Position numbers and translations under genes: made by a program. Shown here piece by piece: positions 1 through 13,204 of a stretch of 64,000 bases of DNA. The number at the start of each line of letters is the position of its first letter. Positions within the stretch are counted from its first letter, which is position 1. Where the stretch lies: the NCBI RefSeq assembly GCF_018350175.1, contig NC_058368.1:4154001-4218000 (forward strand), given 5' to 3'. Source of the stretch: Felis catus. Its lineage: Eukaryota. The notes beneath the pieces are model-generated. The model had not been told where the DNA came from and ran no database searches. It saw only the letters and a program-made list of their open reading frames with translations.

Positions 1-165
1 TCACCATCTCACAGTCTGTGAGTTCGAGCCCCGCGTCGGGCTCTGTGCTGACAGCTCGGAGCCTGGAGCCTGCTTCGGGTTCTGTGTCTCCCTCTCTCTC
101 TGCCCCTCCCCGGCTCATGCTCTGTCTCTCTCTTTGTCTCAAAAATAAATAAACTTTAAAAAAGA
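1..165 (+). mobile_element. Can-SINE (SINEC_Fc type), 5' end cut by the window
   Basis: GTTCGAGCCCCGCGTCGGGCTCTG body, (CT)n tract, AATAAA tail. Confidence 0.9.
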
Positions 166-789
166 TTTAAAGAACAGCCTCCGGAATTTGGCATGTGGTT
201 GGGTAGGAGATCACGAGTCCACAGAGTCCCTTCTAAGCAAAAGGCAAAGTTTTAAGTCTGCAGCCTTTATCAAATTGCACTGCATTTGTTTATACATATA
301 TCTTATTCCTTACTTACATTTTACTCCTAAAGGATCTTTTTTCCATTTTTGCACCTATGTTCAACCGTATTTGGTTGCATTGAGAAAGGGCTATAAATAT
401 CATCTTTAGAGCATTGCTAATTCAAGTCAGGGATCGAGAGGTGCCAAGGGAGAGAGGAGACAGAAGACCAAAGACAGATCTCCCCTCTAGGGAACACCTC
501 CATTGAAAGGATAGGAGAATGTGGGAGACGTAGTTGAAGGAGGGCCCAGAAAGAGCGAGATGCCAGAGAGTGGAGGCCACTACATCTCACAAGCCATGAG
601 GTCAGTGGTGCCTTGTGTTGACAAAAGGGAGGGATGAGAAACTCTCATAAATGCCTAAGGGGCCCCAGGATGCTGGGCATTGGCTGGGTGAGCTACAGCA
701 GGGAAGCAGGGACCCCGGTCTCATCTTATGGGGAGCAGTCCTCAGCTCGAGGGAGTGTTGACTCGGCACATTCAAATCTTCCGAGGTTT

Positions 790-1020
790 GGGGGCGCCTG
801 GGTGGGTCAGTCGGTTGAGCGTCCGACTTCAGCTCAGGTCACGATCTCGCAGTTGATAAGTTCGAGCCCTGCGTCGGGCTCTGGGCTGACGGCTCGGAGC
901 CTGGAGCCTGGAGCCTGCTTCGGATTCTGTGTCTCCCTCTCTCCCTGCCCCTCCCCGCTCAAGCTCTGTCTCTGTCTCAAAAATAAATATAAAAAAAAAA
1001 AAAAAAAAAAAAAAAACGTT
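790..1020 (+). mobile_element. Can-SINE with 16-bp TSD
   Basis: GGGGCGCCTGGGTGG head; TSD AAATCTTCCGAGGTTT at 774-789 and 1021-1036. Confidence 0.95.
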
Positions 1021-1958
1021 AAATCTTCCGAGGTTTTGACAAAATCCAGAATGCAGATAGACATGCAAATATTAAAGCTTAGCAACTAACTCGAGTTTAA
1101 AAACTAAACTACGATAGTCAACACTACGTGGACCAAACAAGTCCCACCTCACCTGGAGGCAGCCCGCGGAGGACATCCGGGCAAGGGCGATGACGGTGGG
1201 GAGAACAGGCACTGGAAGTGGTGTTCAGTGGTTAGTGATCGCTGAGACCAGACAGGACGCAGATCACGCTGCACGGGGTTAGCAGTGAGTTGAGAGTTGA
1301 GCAAGTGGAGGCACAACACGTGAAAAGCCGCACTCCCTTGCCGGCCTCTTGACGTCCTGAACTGCGCAGAACAGCCATCCTGGGAAAGCCTGGGACTCAG
1401 GCACCTGCTCAGAGCAGCTCAGGTGGTTCCTTTTTCTCATTTATAGACAGCTTGGCACAGAGGGAAAATAAAAGTTATTGTTTCTCTAAAATACCTGCAG
1501 GGGCCCGAGAGCTGAGGCTGGATTTAATCAGCGAAGGTCATGCCCATTAGCGTCCATTAATGTCATTGCTATCTGTGGTGCCTCTCGAAGCTCCGCCCGG
1601 TCCAGCAGATTCTTTCAAACCCTGAGGCGATTGTGTTTGGGCTGTTTCGGGCTGGGAAGCAAGATGAGAGCCCCAGGAGACTGAGGATACGATGCATCAG
1701 CTGGGTTCCTGCCATCACTTAGCAAACCCTCACAGCGAAAGGACTCCCAGTGAGGTGAGTCTTGCCTTTCAGAAGGCCTTTGCTTGTCAGCACACCTGGA
1801 TGTTAGCTTTCCAGTGAGGACCGAATAACGAAGGCTAGTTGTTTATCTCTTCTAGAACTTGGTTGCCCCAACTATGAAATAGAAATAATGATCGCAAACC
1901 TCCCGATTCAGGAGGTTTCCTGTACTTATCATAGTGCAACATGCAACTGAATACGTGC

Positions 1959-1960
<2 letters not shown>

Positions 1961-1995
<35 letters not shown>
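1961..1995 (+). repeat. (TG)n microsatellite
   Basis: Read directly. Confidence 0.95.
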
Positions 1996-1996
<1 letters not shown>

Positions 1997-3195
1997 TTAA
2001 TGGAGAAGTTCCATCACAAGTGAAAAAAGGTTTTTAAACTGAGGTTTTTTTCTTCTTTTGGTCCATTATCTCCGAATCACAAAATAGACACACACCCCAT
2101 GAGCTATTTACAACCACATCCGTCATCTCGTTGGACACATTCATAATTGTTCCATTTCAAAGAGTGCTATTTAAAGGTTATGAAGTATCTCGTTGGAAAG
2201 CTCCAGTAAACATACCTTACTTCACTGAGCATTTCTGGAAAGTTACTTCGGAATTGTCCAAGATGATACAGAGCAGTTCTGGCTCACTCAAAAGAAACAA
2301 AGGGTAATTTAGTAGCTGTGAGTTGAAACCAAATAATGTTGCCAAAACAGCGTGGAGCCTCTTACTCAAGACCTTGCTTTAACCAATAGTGATAATTCTC
2401 ATTTTCATGAAAGCTAAGTACAAGTTAGGGTTTCTGAAGTCCTCCCTAAACGCACAGTTGGCTCAGTTCATGTTTGATCTTCCCCATTGCTTTGATGTGT
2501 GGCTTTGTTTATTTTGTGATCATTTCGTTTAAAGGCACTCTGTGATTAGTTCACGGCTATGTCCATTCTTGAAATCCTTGGGATTTGAAAAAACTACCTG
2601 CCACAGTCAATCGCTAGGAGGATTCTGCCAAAAGAGAATAATGGGATTAAAACACCACACACATGCAGGGAATATCTAGGAATAGACAGGAGCCAATTTA
2701 AATATATACTAAAGAGAGCATAAATCATCGGACACCGTGCAGGTACAAGTTCATTCACACTCAAGGCTTGGGAGCCTCTTTCCTCCAGCTAGTGCTGCTG
2801 GCGGCAAAGAGCTGGTTTTTGGGTGGCCCCGGAGACATCCATCTCCTTTTGGACAATTCTACTTCAGGACAAAAGCGGGGCGAGAGAGGGCTTCGGGCAA
2901 CAACACACTGTTTTAGCTTTCCACACATAAAGAAATATTCTTGCAGGCTTAAGAGGAAAGTGACCTGACATGCTTCCTCAGAGCAAAACCCTTCTGCCCT
3001 CGGGACACCATTTCCACCTCTACTGGCCCCAGTTTGTCTGTCTCAAAGCGAGGGGATGCCCTCGTGGTGACTGATGGTACCCCAGATAGGGGTGTTGCCG
3101 AAAAGGCACATGGGAAGCCGGTGACGTTTGCCCCTGAGACTGACTGTCCTCGGGAACTTTACACAGTTCTCATTTCGCCATGTTCCCGATTGAAA

Positions 3196-3323
3196 TGCTG
3201 GCTATAGACCAAATACTTGTGTTCCCCCCAAAATGCATATGTTGAGATCCCACCCCCCCCCCGAAGGGATGGTATTAGGAGGTGGGGTCTTTGGAAGTCA
3301 TTAGGTCACAAAGGTAGAGTCCT
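3196..3323 (+). mobile_element. MLT1-type (MaLR) LTR 5' fragment
   Basis: CCCCCAAAATGCATATGTTGA...GATGGTATTAGGAGGTGGGGTCTTTGG matches the MLT1 start. Confidence 0.75.
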
Positions 3324-3324
3324 T

Positions 3325-3545
3325 GGGGCGCCTGGGTGGCTCAGTGAGTTAAGTGTCCGGCTTCGGCTCAGGTATTGAGCTCACTGTTCGTGGGTTCGAG
3401 TCCAGCATCAGGCTCTGTGCTGACAGCTCGGAGCCTGGAGCCTGCTTCGGATTCTGGGTCTCTCTCTCTCTCTCTCTGCCCCTCCCCTGCTCATACTCTG
3501 CCTCTCTCTGTCTCTCAAAAATAAATAAATGTTTTAAAAAATTTT
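3325..3545 (+). mobile_element. Can-SINE
   Basis: Canonical head, body and tail. Confidence 0.93.
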
Positions 3546-4329
3546 AATATTGAACAACAGACATACATGACTGAGCACGCAAATATGTCTCTTTCATGAC
3601 TAGACCCAGTGTCCGCAAATTTGGTATATTTTCCTGCTTCTTACTGATTTGCATGCCTAGGCTGAACAGAAATCCTCTCTAGCAAGCAGTGGGCTACATT
3701 TTGAAGCTGTGGTATGTCCCCGCCATCTCTCATCACTGTCTTTGTTCTGTAATGTCTTTGCCTCGGTTCAATGATTTTACAGTATCGCTGATGTGCTTCT
3801 TTACTGAGCCGCTTCTTGAAAAGCAAACTGCCCCGTGTATGCTCAGGAAAACAAAAAGTAGCCAATGGCGTGGCTGAGCCAGCATAAAGTTCTCCAGGGC
3901 TGATGGCTTCCATGAAGGTTTCTTGAGCTCCTGCTGGAGCAGCCGTACAGCTACTTAATTACGATGTTGTTTTTCTTGGTTGTCCCCCACAACAACCCTC
4001 TTCCTTCCATAACTCACGGTTTCCTTCGTCCAACAGTTTGGAACCATGATTTTCTATTTGTTCTCTTAATAGAACTGGCTCAGTTATATTATTTCATGAG
4101 CCTAACCTGATAGTTGAGGAAGTTAAAGAGCGGGATCGCCAATGATCCTTCCAACTCTGAAGATTAACGCCAGCAGGGAAGCGAAGGTACCACGTATGAT
4201 TTGAAGTTGTTCATCTAGAGGGGAAAAAAGGCAAAGGGATTGCTTAAGAATGATTCGCAAGGTCTACGAAGCATGGCGTGCCCTTAGTGATGACGATTTA
4301 AGAGAGAAGAGGATGAGAAGGTCAAAATC

Positions 4330-4535
4330 GATGGCTCTCACAACCGAGGGTGCTTTTGCCCCCCCCAAAACACGTTTACGGTGTTTGGAGATATTTTTCA
4401 CTACTTCAGCTGGAGCTTGGGAGCGGCTGCGACTCTCACGTAGTGGGTAGAGGCCAGGGGGATTGCTGAACATCCTACAATGCTGGGGACGGCCCCACTT
4501 CCAAAGCAAAGAAGGTCAGTAGTGTGAGACCCACA
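4330..4535 (+). mobile_element. MER20-like hAT DNA transposon remnant
   Basis: TTTTGCCCCCC...TAGTGGGTAGAGGCCAGGG...AACATCCTACAATGC hallmark. Confidence 0.8.
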
Positions 4536-4639
4536 CTCAAAGAGACTTAAATTAGGTGGAAGGAACAGCCATCCGACCACCACTTACTAGACTGAACCAC
4601 ACGATGGGGGGGGGGGGGTCCCAATCGTCTTTTGTTCTT

Positions 4640-5240
4640 TCTTTTTTTAAATATTAATAACATGCAGTGTCATATTAGTTTCACATGTACAACATATTGA
4701 TTCAGCCATCCTGTACATCACTCCGTGCTCACCACGAGCAGTGTGGTCTCCATCTGTCACTAAACAACGTTATTACCACCTTATTGACTATAGTCCCTGT
4801 GCTGTACTGTTCACATCCGTGACTTATTTATTATTTTCTGGAAGTGTGTACCTCTTACTTCCCTTTAGCTGTTTTATCCATTTCCCACCCCACCCCCATC
4901 CCCCTCTCCTCCGGTAACTACCATTTCTTCTCCGTGTTTAAGAGTCTGTCTTGTCTCTTTTTTTCTTTGCTTGCTTGTTTGTTTTGCTTCTTAAATTCCA
5001 CAGAGGAGCGAAATCACGTGGTATTTGTCTTTCTCTCCTGATTTAGTTCACTTGGTAGGGAAGATAGGGAAGCAACCCCACAGGGATGGAGCCTGTCCAT
5101 CCATAGACGAAAGGATAGGAAGATGTGGCATATAAGACAACAGAATATTCCTGAGCCACGAAAAGGATGCCATCTCGCCATTTGCAACAACATGGATGGA
5201 TGCAGAGGGTATAATGCTAAGTGAAATAAGTTAGACAGAG
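4640..5240. mobile_element. Carnivore L1 3'-end fragments (minus strand 4640-5050, plus strand ~5100-5240)
   Basis: L1 3'UTR motifs (GGTATTTGTCTTTCTC; GCCATTTGCAACAACATGGATG...ATGCTAAGTGAAATAAG). Confidence 0.75.
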
Positions 5241-6099
5241 TCTTCCCCAGTCTTCTGACCTCGAGAACATGAAGAGAGATTTCACATTCTTCCGTCGCCA
5301 GTTGCTGACGCTGTAAAATCATTATAAACCAACGGAAGCATCTTGACGTCATGTACATGTTCATACATCAGTCCCTTCACATGTCACTCTTTGTCAAGAT
5401 TTGGGGGGAAACTGACCTGTACGTGGTTTTCTGAAGACCCATCTCACTAGACATTCTGCTCTGGTTTTTTTTTTTTCCCTCTTCATTTTCTGAACTGATC
5501 TGACTGTGCATTAATGTTATTTTTACTCTGCTGTAAACTCTCAGAAGCGCTTTAGAGCATAACGTGTCATTTAGGTTAATAACCACAGTCGTCATTAGAT
5601 GTGCAATGTGTTCTATGTGCCCACCATGCCTTAAATTATAGACTCCGTAATAACTAAATAACTAAACTATAAATAACTAAATTTAACTTGGAAATGTTTT
5701 CTGTTGAGTTTATATAACACGTTTTGACCTGCTCTGTCCACAGGAAGCCAGAAGAGAAAATGGTAAATAGATTTGAAGAAGCTTTTCAATTCGGTGCAAA
5801 CAGTAATCCACATTCAGGGTTAAACCTTGAAATTCCAGAAAGATTTGAAGGTTTTATTATGTTAACTTCTTTTTTTTTTTTTTTTTTTTTAGTATCTACC
5901 TCACTCGCTTTGAAAGACAATTATCACAGTGAATGATTTTTTTAAGCCAAGATTTTGCCAATATACATAGCTTATTTCACTAAGTGTCAAATATTTGCTG
6001 CCTTTGGGGGATAATATCCTTAAAACTAAATCAGCAGTAAATCTGCCAGGATGCTGTCTTAGATGGAGAAGATTTCTTTGGTGGAACCTATGATCTAGG

Positions 6100-6720
6100 A
6101 CACTGTGTGGTGTAGCATTTAAGATCCAGAACCAAAGTCAGACTGCTAAGGTTCAAATCCCCCCTCTGGGGGGATGGTGGGTGTGCAGCCACATTATCCA
6201 TTTTCTCTGTCTCAGTTTCCTTGCACTTAAAATGAGAATAATAACAGTATCTCCCTCATAGGTATTTGTCAGAATTAAATGAGTTAAAACAGTGATTTTC
6301 TTTTTTCTTTTTAATGTATATTTATTTTGAGAGAGAGACGGCAGTGGAGGGGCAGAGAGAGACGGAGAGAGAGGATCCCAAGCAGGTTCCATGCTGCCAG
6401 TGCAGAGCCCGACCCAAGACTTGATCTCACAGACTGTGAGATCATGACCTGAGCCAAAACCAAGAGTCGGCCGCTTAACCGACTGAGCCATCTGGTGCCC
6501 GAAACCAGGGATTTTCAACGTGTGATCCACAAATCAGCAGCAACAGCATTATCTGGGGGCTTGTTAGATGTGCCAGTTTTCTGGCCCCACCCAGACCCAC
6601 TAAATCAGAAGGCATCCAGGTTCGAGAAACCAAGAGTTCAAGAAACCAAGACAAACTGTAAAATGTCAAACAGTGCCTGATACATGATAAGTATTCAGTA
6701 TATGCTAAATATTGTTATCA
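6100..6720. mobile_element. MIR interrupted by a minus-strand Can-SINE (6296-6500) and a MER5A-like fragment (~6505-6640)
   Basis: MIR core CTCAGTTTCC...AAAATGAGAATAATAACAGTA; reversed SINE; CCCCACCCAGACCCACTAAATCAGAA. Confidence 0.75.
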
Positions 6721-7843
6721 GCAAATCTGTGTAAGCTTTCCTAAGATACTTCACTAACTCCTTATTTATTTTAAAACATCTCTTAAAAACATCTATTTTT
6801 AAAACACCCTGGCTTTCGTATACTCTTGGCTTTTAGTCAAGCACAAAGTGATTCATTCCTCCCACATCCCTCTGGCTTTCTAGACTTCCTGATCACTCTG
6901 TGCCTGCCCTCGGAGACCGCCATCTTTCCTCTTTGAGTCCCATACGGGTCTTGTCGCTGTGGGATGAGTTCTTGTTGCTTTCTCCAGTCCCTATGATTAT
7001 GTGAGAAAGGGAATGTACCCTGATGCCAGAAGGTGCACATACCTTTTAATAGTTTCCTTCAGGAAACAGACCACCCCCTTTGTAGTTTATCCCACGGCAC
7101 AACTCCAGGGGGCATCATTCATACTATATTGTATAAAACCCTGCCCAAAGTGCCATCCCAAAGGACAATTTTAGGACAAATAAGGAGGAAAGATGATGCC
7201 CCAATGGCACTGACACGAATATTTTTGGTGAGGTCGGTCCTCTTGACATTCCTCCTCGAAGTGCTAACCTTGCTCATGCCGCCAAGCTGGAAAGACTCAT
7301 TTGGGACACAGACACCAAAGCAAAGAGGCAATGTCATCGCTTAGTGAAGGACTTCTGATGAGAAAGCCTTGTGTGGGGGGCTCTGATACCAATGGGATTC
7401 CTACCCTCGCTAGGTTCACAAATCAATTTAACTGACAGAAAAGAGAAAAGCAAGCTTCCTTCCAAAGGGTATAGAATAGAGAGGGGGAGGACAGAAAATG
7501 GCTTTACAGTGGAGAAACCTCCCAAACACTACCTCAACCAGGTGACCTAGGTCAACGTCAACAGTCATAGACCACATTGATAGCACACACCCTTGATTAT
7601 GTAGTCTTGTATTCTAGATCCAGCCTACGCTTCTAGCTTTACTTCTATTTAAACCTTATATGTTGGGCAACATGACTATAATTTTCTGAAGATCAGGTTT
7701 TCCTACATTGATTCTCCGCAGAGTCTCGTCTTCTTAATTCTTTGAGAAATTGACAGAAGGAAAGAGAGAAGAAGAAAGGGGGAGAAATAACCTTTTGGAA
7801 AAATAAATGGATTTTCCTAGTTTCTTAGAAGATACAGCAGATA

Positions 7844-8106
7844 GGGGTGCCTGGGTGGCTCGGTCAGTTGGGCATCGGACTTTTGATTTTGGCTCAGGTT
7901 ATGATTTTGTGGTTTGTGAGTTCAAGCCCAGCATCAGACTCCATGCTGAGCGTGGAGCCTGCTAGGGATTCTCTCTCCCTCTCTCTGCCTCTCCCCTGCT
8001 CTCTCTCTCTCCTTCTTAAAAAAAAAAAAAAAAAGATTTATATATATATGATATATATATATATATATATTACCTATATATATATGTATATGTATGTATA
8101 TATATG
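7844..8106 (+). mobile_element. Can-SINE followed by a (TA)n tract
   Basis: SINE 7844-8034; TA-rich microsatellite 8039-8106. Confidence 0.9.
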
Positions 8107-8456
8107 ATACCTTATAATTTCTAAGTAAAATAATCATTAGGATATATTTTTGTTAATAAAGACAGAGAAATCATGTTCTTTCAGGCCATGGACATTTATG
8201 GACTTCATGTAGGATTCTCAGTAGTTGTGCCCTATATTTGGAACTTACCTACGAAAGGACATAGAAATAAGCTAAAATAGCAAGGTAATATTATGAAATC
8301 TATATTTTAATGACTTTGAAAATGAGCACAAAATACAAGCCACTCTAGAAGATGATTCGATTGACTCAAAACTTTTATAAATCTCAAAAGAAAAACCTTT
8401 ATAGTCATTTTAAAAAGTCAAGTCAGTGGAGAAACAATAAAAAAACAACCATGACA

Positions 8457-8682
8457 GGGGCGCCTGGGTGGCGCAGTCGGTTAAGCGTCCGACTTCAGCC
8501 AGGTCACGATCTTGCGGTCCGGGAGTTCGAGCCCCACGTCGGGCTCTGGGCTGATGGCTCGGAGCCTGGAGCCTGTTTCCGATTCTGTGTCTCCCTCTCT
8601 CTCTGCCCCTCCCCCGTTCATGCTCTGTCTCTCTCTGTCCCAAAAATAAATAGATGTTGAAAAAATAAATAAAAAAAAAAAA
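8457..8682 (+). mobile_element. Young Can-SINE with TSD
   Basis: TSD AAAAACAACCATGAC on both sides. Confidence 0.95.
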
Positions 8683-9111
8683 ACAACCATGACTAAACCA
8701 ACAGGCCACCCTTAGACTGTTTTACAAACAAGTTTACTAAATTTTGGAAAAAATAGCCTTTTTAATGAACTATATTTGAAAAAGGAAGTGGAGAGCACAT
8801 CATTTCATTTTGTGATGCTGCTATAATCCTAAAAATAATCAAATAACAGTGTCTCAGAAAGAAAAACTGCAAGCCTATCGTTGTTTAACACGGATGTAAA
8901 AATTCTGAATATTAACAGACTGAATTCAACAATGCAATGTTATATTTCTCTGTTGCTTAAAACTGTTGTCTTTTTAGATCAACTTTAAGGGAGTATAAGT
9001 TCTAGACAATAAAGTTTATGTATGTAATGTATATGTATATACTAAATATTATCGCTCCCTCTGTGGTTACCTTTTCATTTTTTACAATACTTGGAAGAAC
9101 AGAAGTTTTAA

Positions 9112-9336
9112 ATTTTTTTTTTAATTTTTTTTTCAACGTGTATTTATTTTTGGGACAGAGAGAGACAGAGCATGAACGGGGGAGGGGCAGAGAGAGAGGG
9201 AGACACAGAATCGGAAGCAGGCTCCAGGCTCCGAGCCATCAGCCCAGAGCCCGACGCGGGGCTCGAACTCACGGACCGCGAGATCGTGACCTGGCTGAAG
9301 TCGGACGCTTCACCGACTGCACCACCCAGGCGCCCC
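9112..9336 (-). mobile_element. Young Can-SINE with TSD
   Basis: GGAAGAACAGAAGTTTTAAAT duplicated on both flanks. Confidence 0.95.
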
Positions 9337-9359
9337 AAGGAAGAACAGAAGTTTTAAAT

Positions 9360-11568
9360 ATTGTTATTACTATTTTATTTTATTCTTGGTGTTTTGGTGT
9401 GCTAACAAATTTTTGCTGTCCCAAAGTCACAAAGGCTATTTCCTGTGTTTTCTTCTAGAAGTTTTACAGTTTTAAATTTCTGTTTAGACATATGATCTAT
9501 TCTGAATTCATATTTTCAAGCAAGGGTCATTCAGAAGTGAAATCCATCTGTTTTCCATGTGCTGAAAAGACATCCTTTCTCCCATTGAATTGTCTTGGCA
9601 TCTTTGTTGAAAATCAATTGACCATACATATGTGGGTCTATTTCCAGACAGTGTATCTGTGAATGTCAATGTGGGCTAAGATATGCCCAGGTGGCTGGTA
9701 AGCCATGATTTCTTGATGTGTCTGCAGAGGAGACTAGCAGCTGATTTGGTAGACAGAGGAATGAAGATTGCACTCACCAGTCCAGGCAGGCCTTGTCCCA
9801 TCTGCTGAGGGACTGGATAGAACAGAAAGGTCAAGGAAGGGCAAATGTGTACTCTTTGCTTGAGCTGGACATCTATCTTCTCTTACCCTCTAACGTCTGT
9901 GCTCCTGATTCTCAGATTTTCACACTGACCAAGACTCACACCATCAAGCTTTGCCACACCTCTTCTCAGGCATCTGGACTCTGGCTGGTCTTTCCACTTT
10001 TAGCTACCTGGGTTCTCAGCCTTTGGATTCAGATGGCACCACACCATCAGCTTCCCTGGTTCTCTGGCCTGCAAATGGCAGATCATGGAACTTGTTGGCC
10101 TCCATGATCACGTCAACCAATTCCTGTAATAAATCTCATATGTAGACAGATATATATATCTGTACATATCCTATTGAGAACTCTGAATAATACAGTATTC
10201 TACCCCCCTGATTTCTACCTGTCTTAACATAATTCCACCCTGTCATGATTACTCGTTAGCAAAACTTGACATCAGGAAGGTAAGTTCTCCAACTTTATCT
10301 CTTAGTGTTCAAAATTGTTTTGACTATTCCAGGTTATTTGCATTTCTATATACTTTTAGAATCCGCTATTCAATTTCTACCCCAAAAGCCTGCTGGGATT
10401 TTGACTGAGCTTACATTAAATCTATAGATCAGTTTCAAGAGATCATCTTTTAAAAAACACTGAACCCTCTAGGAAGTTCTGACATATGCTACAACATAGA
10501 TGAACATTGAGAATGTTATGCTGAGTAAAATAAGCTAGTCACAAAAAGACAAATACTATATGATTCCAATTATGGGAGGAATCTACTCAAATTTATAGAA
10601 ACAGAAAGTAGAATGGCGGTTACCAGGAGCTGTTGAAGGAAGAGAATAAAGAATTATCATTTAATGTATATGGAGTTTTGTTTTTGCAAGATGAAAAATG
10701 TTCTGGAGATTGGTTGCATAACAATATGAATATACTCAGCACTACTGGACTGTATGCTTACAAGTGGATAAGATGGGGAGTTTTTTTAATGCATATTTTA
10801 CTGCAATTAAAAATTTAAAAACACGTACTGAGTCTTCAATCTGTTAATACAATGTATCTCTTTATTTAGATAGTCTTTCATTTCTCTTGGTGAACGGATC
10901 TTACAAGATTTTGTTAAATTTATCATTAGGTAACTTTCTCTTTTTATGTCTTTGATGTCATTGTGAAAGGTATTGTTTAAAGACAGTTTTACTACTTCCC
11001 TTACCATTTATATACCTTCCTTTTCCTCTTCCTTCCTTTCTTCCTTACCTCTTTTCTCTCTTTTTTGGCAATGTTGAACTCAAGTGGAGAAAACAGACAT
11101 CCTTGCCTTGTTCCTTAGAGAGAAAACGTTCAGGCTTTTTCCATTAAATGTGTTCTTAGCTCTGAGTTTTTCACAGATGATCCTTATCAGATTGAGGAAG
11201 TTTTCTTTTATTCCTTTTATTCCCAGTTTGCTTAGATTATTTCATATTAGTGGATGTTGAATTTTGTCAAACAGTTTTCCATGCATGTTAAGATTCTGGT
11301 GGTTATGTGTATTCTGTTAATATAGTGAAGTATTTTGGTTGATTTTTTTTTTTAAGGTTGAGCCAGTCTTACATTCCCAGGGCGAAGCCCACTTGAACAT
11401 GATACATTAATCCTTTTTATATATTGATGGAGTTTGATTGGCTAAATTTTTTTAAAGTTTTTATTTAAATTCCAGTTAGTTCATATACAGTGATTGGCTA
11501 GAATTTTTATAAGGATTTTTTTAACTCTATGTTTACAATACATAGATAAATAATTTTCTTTCTTTCCT

Positions 11569-11616
<48 letters not shown>

Positions 11617-12930
11617 TTCTGGTAATGTCTTTCTGGATTTGGTATCTGGTTAATGTTCACATCAAAAAATAAGTTGAAAAGTGTTTTTCTTTTCCTCTGT
11701 ATTTTCAAAGATTGATGGGAAGACTTGTGTAGAATTTGCCGATCGAAAACTACCTGGGTCTGAAATTTTCTTCCTCAAGAGATTCAGTAACACATTAAAA
11801 TATTTAATAGCAAACTATTAATATTTTCCATTTCTTCTTGGATCACATTGACAATTTGTTTTTAAATTTACTACAAAAGGTCATTCATAATATCCTCTTA
11901 TTTTTTTCGCATCTGTATGACCTGTAGTGATGATCCACTCTCATTCCTAACATTGGTAACTTGCCTGTTTTCTTAACCATTCGAGTATACTTCCCTTCAC
12001 TCCATCTCATTGTTCGTGCTACTGCTGTCACGTGTTTTGCTTCTACACTTATTACAAGATCCAAAATAAAATGTTATTCCTACTTCTTTAATTTTTCTTG
12101 TCTGTTTATTTATAATTCCAGATAATTAACATACAGTGTTATATTGGTTATTACTTCTTCTTTAAGCTGTTGCATTCACTTACGTATTTACCATTTCTGG
12201 TGTTTTTCGCTCCTCTTTAAGATCCAACTTACTAGTATGATTTTACTTCAACCAGAGGAATTTCTTTTAACATTGCTTATAGTAGAGGCCTACTAGGAAA
12301 AAAAATCTTCCCAGAGTTTGTCTTCAATAAAAGTAAATATTTTGCCTTCATTTTTGAAGAGTATTTTCACTGGACATACACTTCTATGCTCTCACTTTTT
12401 TTTCAGAAATGTAAAGATACCATTGTTTTCTGGCTCTCACTGGTCCTAAGAAGTGTGGGACATTCTTAATTTGTTCTTGTGAATGTAATGTCTTCTTCCC
12501 CACTCTGGCTGCATTTAAGATTTTTTCCTGAATCATTGGTTTTTAGTAATTTGAGTGTGATATGCCTTGGTGTGTTTTTATTCATGCTTCTTCTGGTTGG
12601 TATTTATTGAACTTCTTGGATCTATTGACATACAGTTTTCACCAAATTTTGAAAAATATTAACTCATACTTCTTCAAAAATATTTTCTGCCCTCTTCTCA
12701 TTCAAATGACATGTTGAACCATTTCATATTTTCCCAAATGCCACTAAAGCACTGTTCATTTTTGTTCAGCCTTTTTTTTCCTCTGTGTGTGCATCAATTT
12801 GGATAGTTTCCAATGCTATTTCTCCAATGTTACTGCCATTTTTCCTTCTGCAGTGTTTAATCTGCTGCTAATCCCACTCAGTGATTTTTCTTTTCAGGTA
12901 TTAGAGTTTTCAACTCTACAAGGTTTCAAC
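9360..12930 (-). mobile_element. Degenerate old L1 (L1M-type) tract with a nested MLT2-like LTR (~9655-10195), a plus-strand L1 3' piece (~10470-10815) and (TTTC)n (~11557-11615)
   Basis: T-rich antisense L1 motifs (TTGTTGAAAATCAATTGACCATA, GGGATTTTGACTGAG, AGATTGAGGAAGTT); MLT2-like TGTCAATGTGGGCTAAG...CCAATTCCTGTAATAAATCTC. Confidence 0.7.
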
Positions 12931-12939
12931 TCTGTAAGT

Positions 12940-12942
<3 letters not shown>

Positions 12943-12984
<42 letters not shown>

Positions 12985-12987
12985 ACA
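12943..12987 (+). repeat. (CA)n microsatellite
   Basis: Read directly. Confidence 0.95.
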
Positions 12988-13010
12988 TATGTATATGTAT
13001 AATTTAATAT

Positions 13011-13204
13011 CTTTTTAAGCTTATTTATTTATTTTGAGCGAGAGAGGTAGGGGCAGAGAGAGAGGGAGAGAGAGAATCCCAAGCAGGCTCCACACTGTCA
13101 GCACAGAGCCCTATGCAGGGCCCAATCCCATGACCCTGGAGATCACGACCTGAGCTGAGATCAAGAGTCAGATGCATAACTGACTGAGCCACCCAGGTGC
13201 CCCT
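13011..13204 (-). mobile_element. Can-SINE (older subfamily)
   Basis: Reverse-complement SINE ending CCCAGGTGCCCC. Confidence 0.9.

Noticed and set aside
790..870. tRNA-like A and B boxes (TGGCTCAGTCGG...GTTCGAGCCC) in many places
   Set aside because: tRNA-derived SINE heads, not tRNA genes.
634..1089. Recurrent ORFs containing GAWVAQSV / RQRETEHERGRGRERGRHR motifs here and throughout the window
   Set aside because: These are translations of Can-SINE sequence, not a gene family.
2210..2290. Possible small minus-strand exon (donor-like ...AAG|gtatgt)
   Set aside because: Ambiguous acceptor, no recognisable peptide and no supported partner exons.
5344..5351. Perfect CRE palindrome TGACGTCA
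   Set aside because: Isolated 8-mer next to L1 debris; expected by chance in 64 kb.
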